From: Trichoplax adhaerens
Taxonomy: Eukaryota; Animalia; Placozoa
Length of the DNA: 64,000 nt
Assembly (NCBI RefSeq): GCF_000150275.1
Contig: NW_002060943.1
Span: 1,090,731 to 1,154,730 of the forward strand
Direction: 5' to 3'
Shown: piece by piece, positions 50,501-63,094 of the stretch
Layout of the letters: the number at the start of each line of letters is the position of its first letter
Numbering within the stretch: position 1 is the first letter of the stretch
Notes under the pieces: generated by a model
What the model saw: the letters and a program-made list of their open reading frames with translations, nothing else
Database searches by the model: none
Told to the model about the DNA's origin: nothing
Program-made: the position numbers and the translations under genes

Positions 50501-53500
50501 AGCACAACTTCAGTGAACCTAATTACCATCATTCGGATGAACGTCATCAACCAATGAATATGAATAATATACGAAACGGTATTTTATTTTCTATCGTTGA
50601 ATTTGATATCAATAAACCATATTTGATCTGCAATTTTATACAATTTTGTTATTACGTAAGTGTGTGTTTGTACTATATACTATTATAAGTAAATACTTGA
50701 CAATGAATAAAGTATAAATACCTTTAATAAGTTTTTTTTTGCATATAGTTAAATACGGTGCCAATTTGCATAACGGAATTGAGCGTTCGGATAATGACAT
50801 TAGACAAAAGCAAGGTAGATACTGGAACAGTTATCAATCAGGGCATAATAATGGTGACAACATCGATAGCAGCCCTAGAAACGAGAAAGATGACCTACAG
50901 AAATCAAATGATCTATTGACAAACATAACGAAAGGTCTGGTGATAATATTAATAAAAGGCTTTTTGTGACTACAGTTTTTCACGATTAAATCATAAATTT
51001 AAATTGAATGAAATTTTTCTTTATTATAAGGTGTAAATTTTTTTAACGTTTTATTTATCAAATTTAAGGTAATTACCAAACAAGAACTTCGAACTATAGA
51101 CCAGTCGAAAATCAGAACGTAGAGACATTATATTCACCTTGGCAAGAAGTGAATAGTAGTCCTCGCTTTCTACAATTACTTGTAGCTAACAATGTGATTG
51201 GTCGGGTGATTGGACGTGCTGGAAGTAAAATTAATCAAATTACAGATGAATCTGGAGCAATAATAAGTATCGCCAAAGCTCAACCAAGAAATACCCAACG
51301 AATGATAACGATTAAAGTGAGCATGTTATAGAATAATTTTCAAGTTTCATACAATTATACCTTTTGATCAGAGTGGGTAAATCGTATATTTTTGGTAATG
51401 GTTGATAAATATTACATAATATTTTAGCGAATAAATCTTAAAATAAAAACTTACATTTTAGGGCACTTTTGAAGCCATTCAAAAAGCGAAAGCTCTAATA
51501 ATTGATGCAGTTAAAGGACAAGATAATCGGCCTGGAAGTATAGAAAACGTACGAGAAACCGTTCAAATTCATAGATCTTTGCTTCCTAAAAATAACGTAT
51601 CAAACCAGGGTAGCGATTACACTGGTGATTTCGATTCCTCAATCCTTAGTTCTGGGTAATCTCTTATGTTCTTACATTGTTATACATCTTGTTTTGTGTA
51701 CGTCAACAGAAATTAACTAATATATTTAAACTATATAACTTTAGTGGACCATCAATTTCATCTTCTGAAGCTGTATCTGTTGGCAGTATGTCGACCAATA
51801 GGAGCCTAGGGGAGAATAAATCTGTTGATGCCATGCTGTTATCTGAAGGTATGATGCCTAGTCATTGTGCTATAGAGCAATCGATTCTTACCCACGCTAC
51901 TGCAATAGATACGGAATCACGAATGCAAAATGGCAAGTGGAGCAATCAAAACAGTTCTAAACATGGTGGTAAACTTCTTGAAACATTAATGATAGGTACT
52001 GATGTTAGTGCAGTAGCAAGTGATGATATTATGTCAACGAGAGCACTAAGTGAACCTACAGCTGATTCGGCACCATCTCAGTGGCCTGGTACAGATTCTA
52101 ATCGAATCAGACAGTTATCTTACTCCCTTTGGGGCGATACAGATCCTATGAGCCTGCAGGAAGAAACTGATAGTTTTCGTAATCCAAGTTATCGACTATC
52201 GCATGGTAATGACCGCGGTAAAAACAATCGATATGCAACGAAGCGAAATGCGACTTACAATGGCAATGAAAGCCAACTGTCACGATTAGGGGATTTGTCA
52301 AAGAGTGGATGGTCAGTCCATCGTTCTCGAACCTTTCCTATGACTACTAACTACAGCAACAAAAATGTAGATGGTCAATGGCATCAACAACAGATTATTT
52401 CGAAATCTTCAAAACCTTCAGCAGATGATAGAAAATTTCAACAAATAGAATTCGGTAGCAAAGACATGAATAGAAGTAGAAATAGGTCTACTGATAGGAA
52501 AATTACTCAAGACCCTGTAAATAATTTGTGGCAGATCAACAAGAAAACAAGAGATAGCAAACCGCCTCTACACCGTAATTTCGTCAATAATAATTTTAGA
52601 AACGGTATGGAAAATCCTCAATCAGTACACAATAAAGTAAACAGTGGAAAAGTTGATTTTGGAAATGGAGAGATTGGACATCGTAGCAACGCATATGAAT
52701 CTAATCATAGAGGAAGTATTTTATACAGAAATTTGTATAAAGAGAATCCTAGAAGACCTACATCGTTACCTGTATACCCTCCCACGGAACAAGATGTCAA
52801 AGCTGTTGAACTGCCAGCAACTTTTCCTAAATCAAATGGCTCATTATCAAATTCTGTCCAAAATAGTGCAACTCCATTGAATCTATCAGCATACAATAGA
52901 CAAATCCATTGGCAGTCTACAGGAACTCCTACAAATCTCGTTAACAATCCAGATATAAACATTCCGAAATCGGTTAATGCTGATAATAAGACTCCAAATT
53001 CAATGCGGTGGTCTGATTATACTCCTGAAGCAGATCTCAGCAATACCAATTACTCAACGTATGGTTTATGGAACAAATCGAATGATATTAAAAGTATGAA
53101 ACGGCTATCTTTGGACTCTAATATTCCACCAAATGAAAGTAGCCATGGCTATTCTATGTCTGCTATGCCATATAGTTTAGGTGAAGCTACTTCACATTTT
53201 AATTTCGAGAAAAATGAAGGTGACAATTTTTCAAGCAGAAGAAGACAGCACCTTGCTGTTAGAAGCGATGAACCTTCAATGCTGTTGAATCAAGCTGATG
53301 ATGTTCTACTATTTCTTAGACAATTATCCTTGGAAGGGTATTGGGAAATTTTTAAGGTAATATATCTTGCATGGTATATGCTATGACGTGGTTAAAATTG
53401 CTAAATTATTGTCGATAACCTGATCATATGTTAAAAATATGACACTTTTTTTTATTTGTAGAAAAATAATATACGGTTACCCAGATTGATAACCATGAGG

Positions 53501-53765
53501 GAATCCGAAATTCAAAGCTTAGGCATATCAGAGGTACAAATTTTGACGGTTACAATAACATTATCTACCATTACGTATGCAATTATGACGTACATAAGGT
53601 AAACTTATTCCTTGATGGTTTAAAATTTGATATTTATAGGGTCATAGTAAAAGGCTTGCCGAAGCATTGAAACAAATAAGGTTGCAACATCTACACGGAA
53701 ATCAATCATTTTTAGCTAATCGGTCGCCTAGCGGAAATTCAATTCAGAATTATCTAACTAATTGA
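44534..53765 (+). CDS. ANKHD1: MASK/ANKHD1/ANKRD17-like protein: about 17 ankyrin repeats, coiled coil/NLS, KH domain, low-complexity region and C-terminal SAM domain
   Basis: About 19 exons: 44534-45538, 47043-47149, 47483-47576, 47701-47807, 48044-48244, 48399-48484, 48560-48642, 48789-48853, 48956-49070, 49168-49227, 49378-49517, 49610-49662, 49768-50578, 50749-50934, 51069-51316, 51462-51655, 51745-53356, 53462-53533 and 53640-53765. MASK-type post-ankyrin segment: NFPSDVEC..KCLEMILKAK..NAQILFEEIEAEK..AAAKRRDKKKKRK. KH: VIGRVIGRAGSKINQITDESGAII. Confidence 0.88.
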
Positions 53766-55846
53766 GATTATTGCGAATTTATAAAAATTTAATATCGAAT
53801 CATACTAGCTGATCACCCGCACGGCGGAATTTCGAGATATAAAATTATTTAACTTGTTAACTATCGATTTTCGAGTTTGAGAAGAATGAAAATGACTACT
53901 AAATCAATTATAATGCTTTTACACTCAATTAATTACTCTATTCGACCAATGCTTTGCCTTATTATTTTGCGAAAGTGGAAATGCAAATTCGATTAATGAT
54001 ATATGTGCTTTTATCTAAAAAATTTTATTCCATGTAGTTATCGTAAGTAATTAATTATGAACACTACAGTTATCGCAAGCAAAACGTTAATTATATTAAT
54101 CATGCTCTACTTTTATGCAGTTTATAAATATCTATCTTATGTTGCCTCGAAAAGGAACAATTATTCAAATACTACATTCGTAATTATCTTCTTCGACATT
54201 TAAAGCAGATTTATAGATCTTTGATTATATTGCTATCTGCAAGTCATTTCGAAGGCAATATGCAAAAATACAGTCATAATTACGCTACTTTTACTAGGTA
54301 TATACAAACATGAATGACAGAACGACTAATGTCTACATTAAATTACTACGCATCGATTTAACCTTTTAGCACACGAATAAATTACGTTTTACTTTCAGGA
54401 AACAAATGTATCGATCTATAAATAAAATCTATTATAGGTAATATAATGGTTGATTTTCATGATCTTACGTTTATAAAAACGTCTCTTTATCATGCTAGCC
54501 TGCTAGTTTATTAATTGATATACTAGGAAAGTAGATTTAAAATTGCTTGAATACTGCCATTTTTATTTGATATGATTATGCGACATTCTTGTGCATGCAA
54601 TTAACGAAGTACTACTAAACTGAGAAATTCGGGTTAAGAACCTCGTAGATTGTATAAATTTCGCAATACAGTACTACTAAGGCATCCTGAATTTCTATCC
54701 TAACGGCAGATACCAAGGCGATACGATGCCTAGTTAATACATTTTTTGTATTTAGAACCCAATTTTGATCATTAGCGATAACTACTGTAAATGCTAAGTG
54801 ATCGATTTTCCCGTAATTGTGCTACAGTAGGTGATCATAATCTAATTAATAGTTGATGTCTTAAACTTATAAGGTATAACTTACAGCAGATTTTGCGTCA
54901 TTGTTACTACTTTATCCCAAAATTTGATCGTAACGCTCGACGTTCACCAAGTCAAACCTTATCCCTCCTTCCGTGGGTTAGCCCATGGTTTGACTATAAA
55001 TAGTACGGCAAACCCAATAATGGATAAAGAAACCATAAAAGTTGTTTATTTACGAAATAAAAACGATAGCAAGGATATATTTTATTGTCTTCCTTTAACT
55101 GGAGACATACGTCCACCAGCGGCCACAATTATATTATGTAATGCCAGTAAATACAGTACACCAATTAGAACAGATGCCTACGAAGGTATCAATATTATGA
55201 TACAAAATCATACAATTCAATCATTATTAAGACTTTACAAGTATATAAAAATCCGTATTAAAATCGATAATCAAGCCAATAATTTATTTGATTGGTAATT
55301 TTCTGTTAGACCTATAAATGTGAGAATATAAAATTTTGTCCTTATAGAAATGGTATTCGATTTATGGATCTTTAAGCACGATTTACAACTTCTAGGATGA
55401 CTATGAAACTAAATTAATTTTTTATTTGCTATCATTTAATCAGAATAAAACTTTACCGTAATACTATAAAAATTTTATAGTGCAGTGACTTTAGCACTGA
55501 AGTTGAATTTTTAATTACTAATAAAATTGCTAATATTTCCTACAGTAAAATGCAATGTTTGCCTAGTTTAACATGATTAGTTGCCCTTACTCCGGCATTA
55601 GCTTCACTACAAATGGATATGAAATAATTGCTCAGCTTCTAACTTGTTACCAGCACCTAATTTGGCTACAATTATTCCTTAGATACGATAGTAGCAGTTA
55701 ATTGAAAAAGTGAAAATTTCGTGGGAATACATCGGTGGCAAAATATTAAGACAGTTATTAATAAAATATAGAAAATTAACATTTCTTTCAATATTCTCTT
55801 AGGCTCTTAAAATAGTCTTCGGATAATGGTGACTGAATGAATTAAC

Positions 55847-58800
55847 TTAATTCAAAGTTGCTATTTCAGGATCATTCCACGTTAGCGCAACGTTATAGAA
55901 TTTTTGAGCTTCATTATGATCGCCTAAGTGATATAATAATTCCGCCATGTAATAGCTGGTTTTAGCTATTTTAAAATGAGAGCTCCCATATTTGTCTAAC
56001 TCAATTCCAATAGACTGTTTAAAGTAATCCAACGCAGTTATAAACTGACCTTCAGCATAACTGACTTGGCCCAGACAATAGTAAATATTTGCTGTTTTAG
56101 CATGCTGATAACCAAAATGGATCTTAAAGATTTGTAAGGCGTACTGATAATATTGCTTTGCTAAATTGAAATCTTTCATCATGTGGTAGGTTTCACCTAA
56201 ATAAAAACTTGTTTGGCCTACACGGATATGATTCCGGCCCAATTTGTGAATTTCGATGTCAAATGCATTTAAATATTCTGTTATAGCCGATTGAAATCGA
56301 TTTCGATAGAAATGTAGCTTAGCTAGTGCGAGATAACTATTTGCAAGATCTAAACTGTGCTCATTAAAATGCTGAATTTTAACATTTAGAGATTTATTAA
56401 GATGTTGTATTGCTTTGTCGCTTTGCTCAATGCTAATATAATTTGCCAGACCAATTATATGATGGGTTGCAGCAACATTGACATGGCCATTGCCTAAATA
56501 GCTGATTTTGATTGTTAACGATTTTTGAAGATATCGTAAGGCATTTGTGGGCTGACCTAAATAGCATAACACTCTTCCTATTATTTCGTACGTAGAAGCA
56601 ACACTTAAATGCTCTGGACCCATTTTTTGCAGACGTATTGCTAATGATTTCTGTAAATATTCCAGAGATTGATTGTTCTTACCAATTTGGCAGTATATTT
56701 TCCCTAGTAATGCATACATGGCTTTAGCCGTTATCCCATTGTAGAGGCAAAGGTTGTGAAATCCACGATATATAAGTTGATTTTCGGGAATAGAAATAAA
56801 GATTTCACGGCTACCTTTCCACGTTTGTTTCTCACTTTCGACTGCCTCAAAAGCTACTAACCACTGATCAGCATAGATTTTAGCCTGATGATAACTATTA
56901 TGTATGCAAAAGCTATAACTAAGCCAAGCTGCTGCTTGAATCATTAGAGGTCGTAAAATAGGATGAATTTTAGCATGTTCAAATGCGACTTGTAAGTGTC
57001 TGATAGCTAATTGACTTATTTCCCAGTTGATTTTGTCGCAATAGTCTAATCGTAGTTGATCAATAAAATAAGTAATTATAAAACTTAATAGATTAACTTC
57101 TTCACCCTTTATAGTAGCCATACAACGTATAACTGTTTGCAAACATCGACTGATCGAATAGTTATGTTCATCAATGCAATTAATCAGTCCATAAATATGA
57201 AATCGACGTAAAATGGATAACAACTGACTCTTTTTGCTACTGATCCTTTCTATTATTCCGTAAAGGAAACGAATTTCGATCTTATTCGGATCTAGATAGG
57301 CTAAAATACTAATCACCGTTTCTGCTGTAGGGTTATTTTCTGATGCTAATTGTACATTTATATACCAAGGCAGAATTAAGTTTATATCAAGCGCTTGATT
57401 TAGGTTTGTAACAACCATAGAGGGAAGAGAATACATAGCATTAATTAAGGGCTTTATTTCTCGTTCTACTTGGCGATATTTATAAACGTAAGATGCAAGG
57501 GAAATATCTTGTTGATAAATAAAAGTTTTAGCTAAAAATAATGCTAAAGGTAAGTCTTTCATTTTCGAAGCAATGTTATTAGCGCTTTCTCGGTCATCTT
57601 GATTTAAACATTTGCAAAGGTAATAAATGGACAATTGACGATCGAATATATCTACCTTAAGAGTAACAAACCTTGTAAATGGGGCTGCAGAGATGACGAT
57701 TATGTAGCAATGGTAACGTTTAGGAAAGTAACGATGAATCCACTCATTATCTTCAGCATTATCATAAATTAGAAGTAATTTACCAGTAATTGGATCAAGT
57801 AATAACTTTAGGATTGCTTCAATTAATTCATTAGTATCACTGTTACAATGACTTATCTGTAAGAGATTTTGCCGCTGTTTGGCTTTTACTGTTAAATCTT
57901 TATAGTAAGTGGAGAAAATTTTCGATAATTTACAAATTTGTTCATTTTTACGATGACGATATTTATCAATAAGCATAGCACCTAATTGAACAAAATCTTG
58001 CTGCAATGAGAGTATAGAATCAGCCTTTAAATAATAGATTACGTCGAACTCGCTTTGATGTAAAATTGCGTAATGTATTGCTAAAGACGTTTTGCCAGTG
58101 CCACATGAAGTTTTAAATTGGTTATGGTGCAACCGATATAAATTTTCAATTTTTTGCCCCTGGCAAAAATCAGCTCTACAGTTTTTAAGTAATTCAGAAT
58201 CAAGTAATTGCTCACTTAGATTTTCTTTACTTTGATATGTGTCAGAAATATCTTGATATTTTAGGAGCCAGCATTCATCTAACATATATCCTTCGAAGTA
58301 TTTGTTAGTTTCGCTTATGCCGTCGTTTCCATCCTTGATGATACATTGACGACTACCATTTTCGAGTACCTCTTGGCTTTTGCTTCTATGCTCTCTGGAG
58401 TGATTGGTTTTATATTTTGGCGACCATCCAATGCTAAACTGTCCTACTAATTCATGTTCCGCTTTCAGTATTTCGTTATTATACCTAATTGAGTCAGTTC
58501 CTATCAACTGGCTATCTTTGCTTGTCAACGAATCTAGATAGCTATTATCAGAATCTTTCGATTCATTCTGATTTGTATTATATTCATCACTACAATCAGT
58601 CAACAGATCAAGCTTTACTGATTGACCGTAATTCCCATTCGGCTTCAGCCAGTTATCAAATTTTTGAACTATAGTAGTTTCTAACTGCTCCTCTTGTCCA
58701 AGTAAACGATCTTTACTTCCGTTACCGTTTGCATTCCATAACTCTCTATGTGCACGTACCATGTCGTAAGACTGATTTACGTTAATACCGTTACTTTGTA

Positions 58801-59959
58801 GTTTACCATTTGCGATGGATTTTTGATTTCCTTGATGATCTTCATTGTGATTTGTTTGTCTATCTTTGAACTCGTCTCGCTGAGATTCCGGCACTGATGT
58901 TATATTACAAATTTGATGTTTTTTCAATAAAATGCGATCAATTCGATCCATGTAGGAAGGTCGAATGCATATATTATCAAGGTAGTAATGAGGTAATGAA
59001 ATAATTTTTAGATGAACTGTTTGTGTAGAAAATAGTTGTATTGATTGTGTTAAATGCTGAATACATTTTCTGTCACTGACCAACCTGGAATTTTGTTGGA
59101 TTTGTGATATTAATGCTGATGTGATATCTTTAGAAAGATAATTTGATAGCGAGAGCAAGATCGCTTCTTCGAACCATTTATACAAGGGGGTTGTAACTTT
59201 TGTTCCATGCTGATTCAATTGTAAAGCAAATTGGAAGTAATGACGGAAACCAGGCAAACGTTCTTGTGGCGAACATGGAGGATAATTTTCGCAGCCATTC
59301 CATAAGGTTTGTTGCAGATCAGCTTTTATAACTTTTTTCATAGTAATAGCTAATATATCAATTGCAACATAAATTCCAAAGGGATCTTGAAGAGTCAGCG
59401 GTTGTCGTTGTCGAAGCTGATCTAATTGGTATAGCAGTTGCATAAGTATGTCAAAATGTGGGCGGTATATTAAAGTATAGCATAGCTGATAAACATGATG
59501 TATAGGATTGAATGAGAATAGATTTGATGTGGTGTTTTTGTAATCGACTAGATCTGAACGTAAGAGCATTAGTTCATAAATTAAGCTAGAAGGTGGCGAA
59601 TCGAGAGTATTGATCGTTTCCATCCATCTTTTATTGGATAATAAACATTCTATGAATTGAGTTAAGCGAGTTATCAATGCATTAGCTATATGGGCATCAT
59701 ATCTTCTGGATAAATAAGCATGAAAATCCAATGTTAAAAAGCGAATAGTATTAACTAGACGTTGTAGCCATAAGTATTCTTGGGGATGTAGATTTCGTTT
59801 TACTACAAAGACTATCAGCTGACGAAGTTCTGACCAAGAAAACGGACTTAAGGCTTTTAAGTATCTAAATGTGCGTTGAAGTTCTGAGATATCATGAATA
59901 TCGGCGGCTATCTGCAATCGTTGTAAACAGTCCGAGAGACTGCTATATGCAGTATCCAT
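55847..59959 (-). CDS. Intronless STAND-class NTPase (NB-ARC-like) with C-terminal TPR repeats; putative intracellular immune receptor
   Basis: 1370-aa ORF. Walker A-like CGTGKTS, Walker B LLLIYDNAED, GLPL-like DLPLAL, and about 7 KLC/NPHP3-type 42-aa TPRs (e.g. YLQKSLAIRLQKMGPEHLSVASTYEIIG). Confidence 0.88.
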   Translation of the reverse strand: MDTAYSSLSDCLQRLQIAADIHDISELQRTFRYLKALSPFSWSELRQLIVFVVKRNLHPQEYLWLQRLVNTIRFLTLDFHAYLSRRYDAHIANALITRLTQFIECLLSNKRWMETINTLDSPPSSLIYELMLLRSDLVDYKNTTSNLFSFNPIHHVYQLCYTLIYRPHFDILMQLLYQLDQLRQRQPLTLQDPFGIYVAIDILAITMKKVIKADLQQTLWNGCENYPPCSPQERLPGFRHYFQFALQLNQHGTKVTTPLYKWFEEAILLSLSNYLSKDITSALISQIQQNSRLVSDRKCIQHLTQSIQLFSTQTVHLKIISLPHYYLDNICIRPSYMDRIDRILLKKHQICNITSVPESQRDEFKDRQTNHNEDHQGNQKSIANGKLQSNGINVNQSYDMVRAHRELWNANGNGSKDRLLGQEEQLETTIVQKFDNWLKPNGNYGQSVKLDLLTDCSDEYNTNQNESKDSDNSYLDSLTSKDSQLIGTDSIRYNNEILKAEHELVGQFSIGWSPKYKTNHSREHRSKSQEVLENGSRQCIIKDGNDGISETNKYFEGYMLDECWLLKYQDISDTYQSKENLSEQLLDSELLKNCRADFCQGQKIENLYRLHHNQFKTSCGTGKTSLAIHYAILHQSEFDVIYYLKADSILSLQQDFVQLGAMLIDKYRHRKNEQICKLSKIFSTYYKDLTVKAKQRQNLLQISHCNSDTNELIEAILKLLLDPITGKLLLIYDNAEDNEWIHRYFPKRYHCYIIVISAAPFTRFVTLKVDIFDRQLSIYYLCKCLNQDDRESANNIASKMKDLPLALFLAKTFIYQQDISLASYVYKYRQVEREIKPLINAMYSLPSMVVTNLNQALDINLILPWYINVQLASENNPTAETVISILAYLDPNKIEIRFLYGIIERISSKKSQLLSILRRFHIYGLINCIDEHNYSISRCLQTVIRCMATIKGEEVNLLSFIITYFIDQLRLDYCDKINWEISQLAIRHLQVAFEHAKIHPILRPLMIQAAAWLSYSFCIHNSYHQAKIYADQWLVAFEAVESEKQTWKGSREIFISIPENQLIYRGFHNLCLYNGITAKAMYALLGKIYCQIGKNNQSLEYLQKSLAIRLQKMGPEHLSVASTYEIIGRVLCYLGQPTNALRYLQKSLTIKISYLGNGHVNVAATHHIIGLANYISIEQSDKAIQHLNKSLNVKIQHFNEHSLDLANSYLALAKLHFYRNRFQSAITEYLNAFDIEIHKLGRNHIRVGQTSFYLGETYHMMKDFNLAKQYYQYALQIFKIHFGYQHAKTANIYYCLGQVSYAEGQFITALDYFKQSIGIELDKYGSSHFKIAKTSYYMAELLYHLGDHNEAQKFYNVALTWNDPEIATLN

Positions 59960-62221
59960 ACGAAGATTTACAGAACGAAAGTTAGCAAGGAGAGAATCTG
60001 TTCAAGAAACGAATACAGTTTTACTAATTAGAAAGTAGATCGATTATAATTATTCATCTAGAAGTTAGCCTAATAAACAGTTTGATGGAGTTATTCTATT
60101 TATCTGCAGTTATTTGTTACTTTTTATAACTAAGTTTACCAACTGTGCTATAAATTACTTTGTTACTTTTAAACTATCGTCATCGTTGCATTTTCTAGCT
60201 TCCATTACATGGGTAATGGGATTTTAAACCTGAAGCCTATCACATCATCATTTTATTATGTATTTCATTGCTTACAAATTAAGAATTCTCATGAATTAGC
60301 AATTACTGTCTGAAGCTGTTAAAATTCAGTGTAGCGTTTAACTCATTATTATATTGTGATTATTCTCTTGCGACAGTAATTGCCATTGCCTCTTACATAA
60401 ATAAATCTAAAACCTTTTTAGGTCGTAACAGTTAACGATCGCTCTAATCAAATGGTTTGGTTGAGTTAGTTCTCTTCCTGCTAAATCTATGGAAGCTCTA
60501 AAATTAATTTTTCATTTCTAATATCAAATTGAATGACGTAATAATGTTACCATGGTATATCATCTTGATCTGACGTACGTATCACAGCTATACTAGCTAA
60601 TTTTGGGGATGATAATTGCAACGATTATGCACGTAAGCGCCTAATAATCAAAATCATTTACTTAGCGGCTTATATTGAAATATTGGTACGTTTACTCTAG
60701 GTCATGTTGCGATAATTTTAATCAATCAATCAATTCTCACTTTCCTTTACAGTAGTCGTAAAAGGAGTAATAGTCGTTACGATGATATTACTAAAATGAT
60801 TTTATTATTATAATTTTTTCTTGTCTCATATTGATAAGGCGACTAACATTATTTCCAGTGTGACTATGGAGATGAATGAGTTTTAGCCCCTAGGGTTACA
60901 ATCCGTTGACGCCAAATTTGAGTTATTAAAATCATCTTAGCAGTTACGATCTATGATTCATTTTATCAACCGACTATTCTACGCCATTGAGTGCTTTACT
61001 TCATATTACTATGATACTTTCAAAATATATAACTACTGTAATTAGTTGAAACCACTACTGACTCTATTTGACCTGTTTATATTATACATTAGTTCATACT
61101 GAAATTAGCCGTAACACAAACAAGGAGTATAAAACAAAATGAAAGTTTTCGATAGTAAAATATTTCTATAAGTGACGAAGATTTACATTTGGAAAGCTCA
61201 ATGTTAATTCAATGGTCAGTTGTTCCCTAAGCGCTTTGCATGCAAACCATGGCGAACGTATCGTGTCAAGATAATATCAATTCGTCCTATTCGTTATTGT
61301 CGATTGCTAACGAATCTATTGAATTTAAAGGGTACAAGTATGACTTTATTCTTTTCCCTTCAGAATAACTTGGACCAGATGATACCCTATAGAAGACTTT
61401 CTTATCCACTGAATACAGTAAGTCAATTTATTTATGCTAAACAGCATTAATTTAAGTTTGATTTTTCCTATTGAGTCTAGACAGTCTAAGTAGAAAAAAT
61501 GAATTACACAAAGGCATAATGCACTGTAAGATTGTCTTGGACGAGAGAAAAATGCTAACCAACATTGAAGCTCTACTATGAATGTCTCCAACCGAGTCTA
61601 TTTTATAGATATTGATAATTTACTGTAGTCAATCCGTTTGTTGAATACCTTATCGCCTTGGATTTGAATCCAATTGCAACCCAAAATTGTGCATTACCAA
61701 TCGACACTAACCTTCAAATGGAAACTTGACCTAAATTTCACTGCAGTGCAAGTATTAATTCCATTGCTTTACATTCTTGGAGTGCGTCCGTAAGTGGCGT
61801 GAATTGTTATTTTTTTCCTTTTGAATTCTGGATATTGCCACTGGATTACTAATTACTAAATCATTTTATATAGCAGACCCTAGTGAATCTTTCAAAATTT
61901 CAATGAATAACTCGATAGAAATCATTCTAAATTGTCATTCTATCGTCGACTATCTTACCTAATTGAATATGAAATATTCAATTCAACTTCTTCAGTGAAA
62001 TAAATTGAAAGGAAATTTTTTTTTCCTCTCCTGTGAAGCATTTGACAAAGAAGTTGATTCAATCAAAAATACTGTCTATTGATAGTCGAATGAGGCCTGG
62101 CGGTCACCTGCTTAGTCAATGGATCAATTCTGAAAGTATAAATTCAATGTTGGTCGAGAAGGCGGGAAAAATATCAAGTTGTTTATTGTACTCATTCTAT
62201 ATTGCGTCAATCTCCATGTGT

Positions 62222-62359
62222 GATTGCTACTTAACATTGACGGCAACTAATTGATATGAACGTCCTGTCGATTCAATTAGATTTGAAGACGATTGCTACT
62301 TAACGTTGACGGCAACTAATTGATATGAATGTCCTGTCGATTCAATTAGACTTGAAGAC
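62222..62359. repeat. Tandem duplication, 2 x 69 bp
   Basis: gattgctacttaac(a/g)ttgacggcaactaattgatatgaa(c/t)gtcctgtcgattcaattaga(t/c)ttgaagac occurs twice. Confidence 0.92.
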
Positions 62360-63094
62360 AATCTATTGAGAAATGCAGTTGCGCTATTGTTTAGTATTGG
62401 CTTCACGTGATCTTATTTTCAAGATTTCTTTTCCAACTATGCAATTCTTATTCTCTTTTACTTGTCTGGATAGGCCAAGTCCGAAGAATGAACAAAATCC
62501 TTTTATCGGATAGAATTTATTCTTATATGGCTACAGGTTATTCTAGCCAGAAGAATTGTTTCACTTTTTCATAGGAAATACTCAAAATTATTTGCCATTA
62601 GGGCTTAAACTGAGTTCGTGTTATATAATAATACAGTGCATACCTCAATGGCATCTGTAATCATCATGGTATATACAGTGATGGTCTTATAACCGAAGTA
62701 AAAGATTTGAAGTCGATCAAGATAATATCGTAATATGATTGACAATGTTTCAATTATATACGTTTCCTTGTTGTATTTGACGTATTTGTCGTAACATTGT
62801 TTTGTAATAGTAAGGGATATCCCATAGGCTATAACTTGTCTCGTATTATAATTTACAGAAATAGGAATGACACATTCCATTTGCTTTTTCTACACTTGTA
62901 CTATCTACTGTATTAACCTTAAGATCACATATTACAAATATCCCACGTCCGCTAGGATACAGTATAATAGTTATGTGCTTATCAGATCTTGTTCAATCAT
63001 TACAGTTCCTTCATGGTGCGTTGTTGTCGCATTCATGATAGTACACTATTCTGTCAAGACGAAATAAATTCATGTCGCTAAGAACGCCATACTA

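Noticed and set aside
60546-60559. X-box-like GTTACCATGGTATA upstream of the STAND gene
   Set aside because: The right half-site lacks the conserved AAC and there is no other support.
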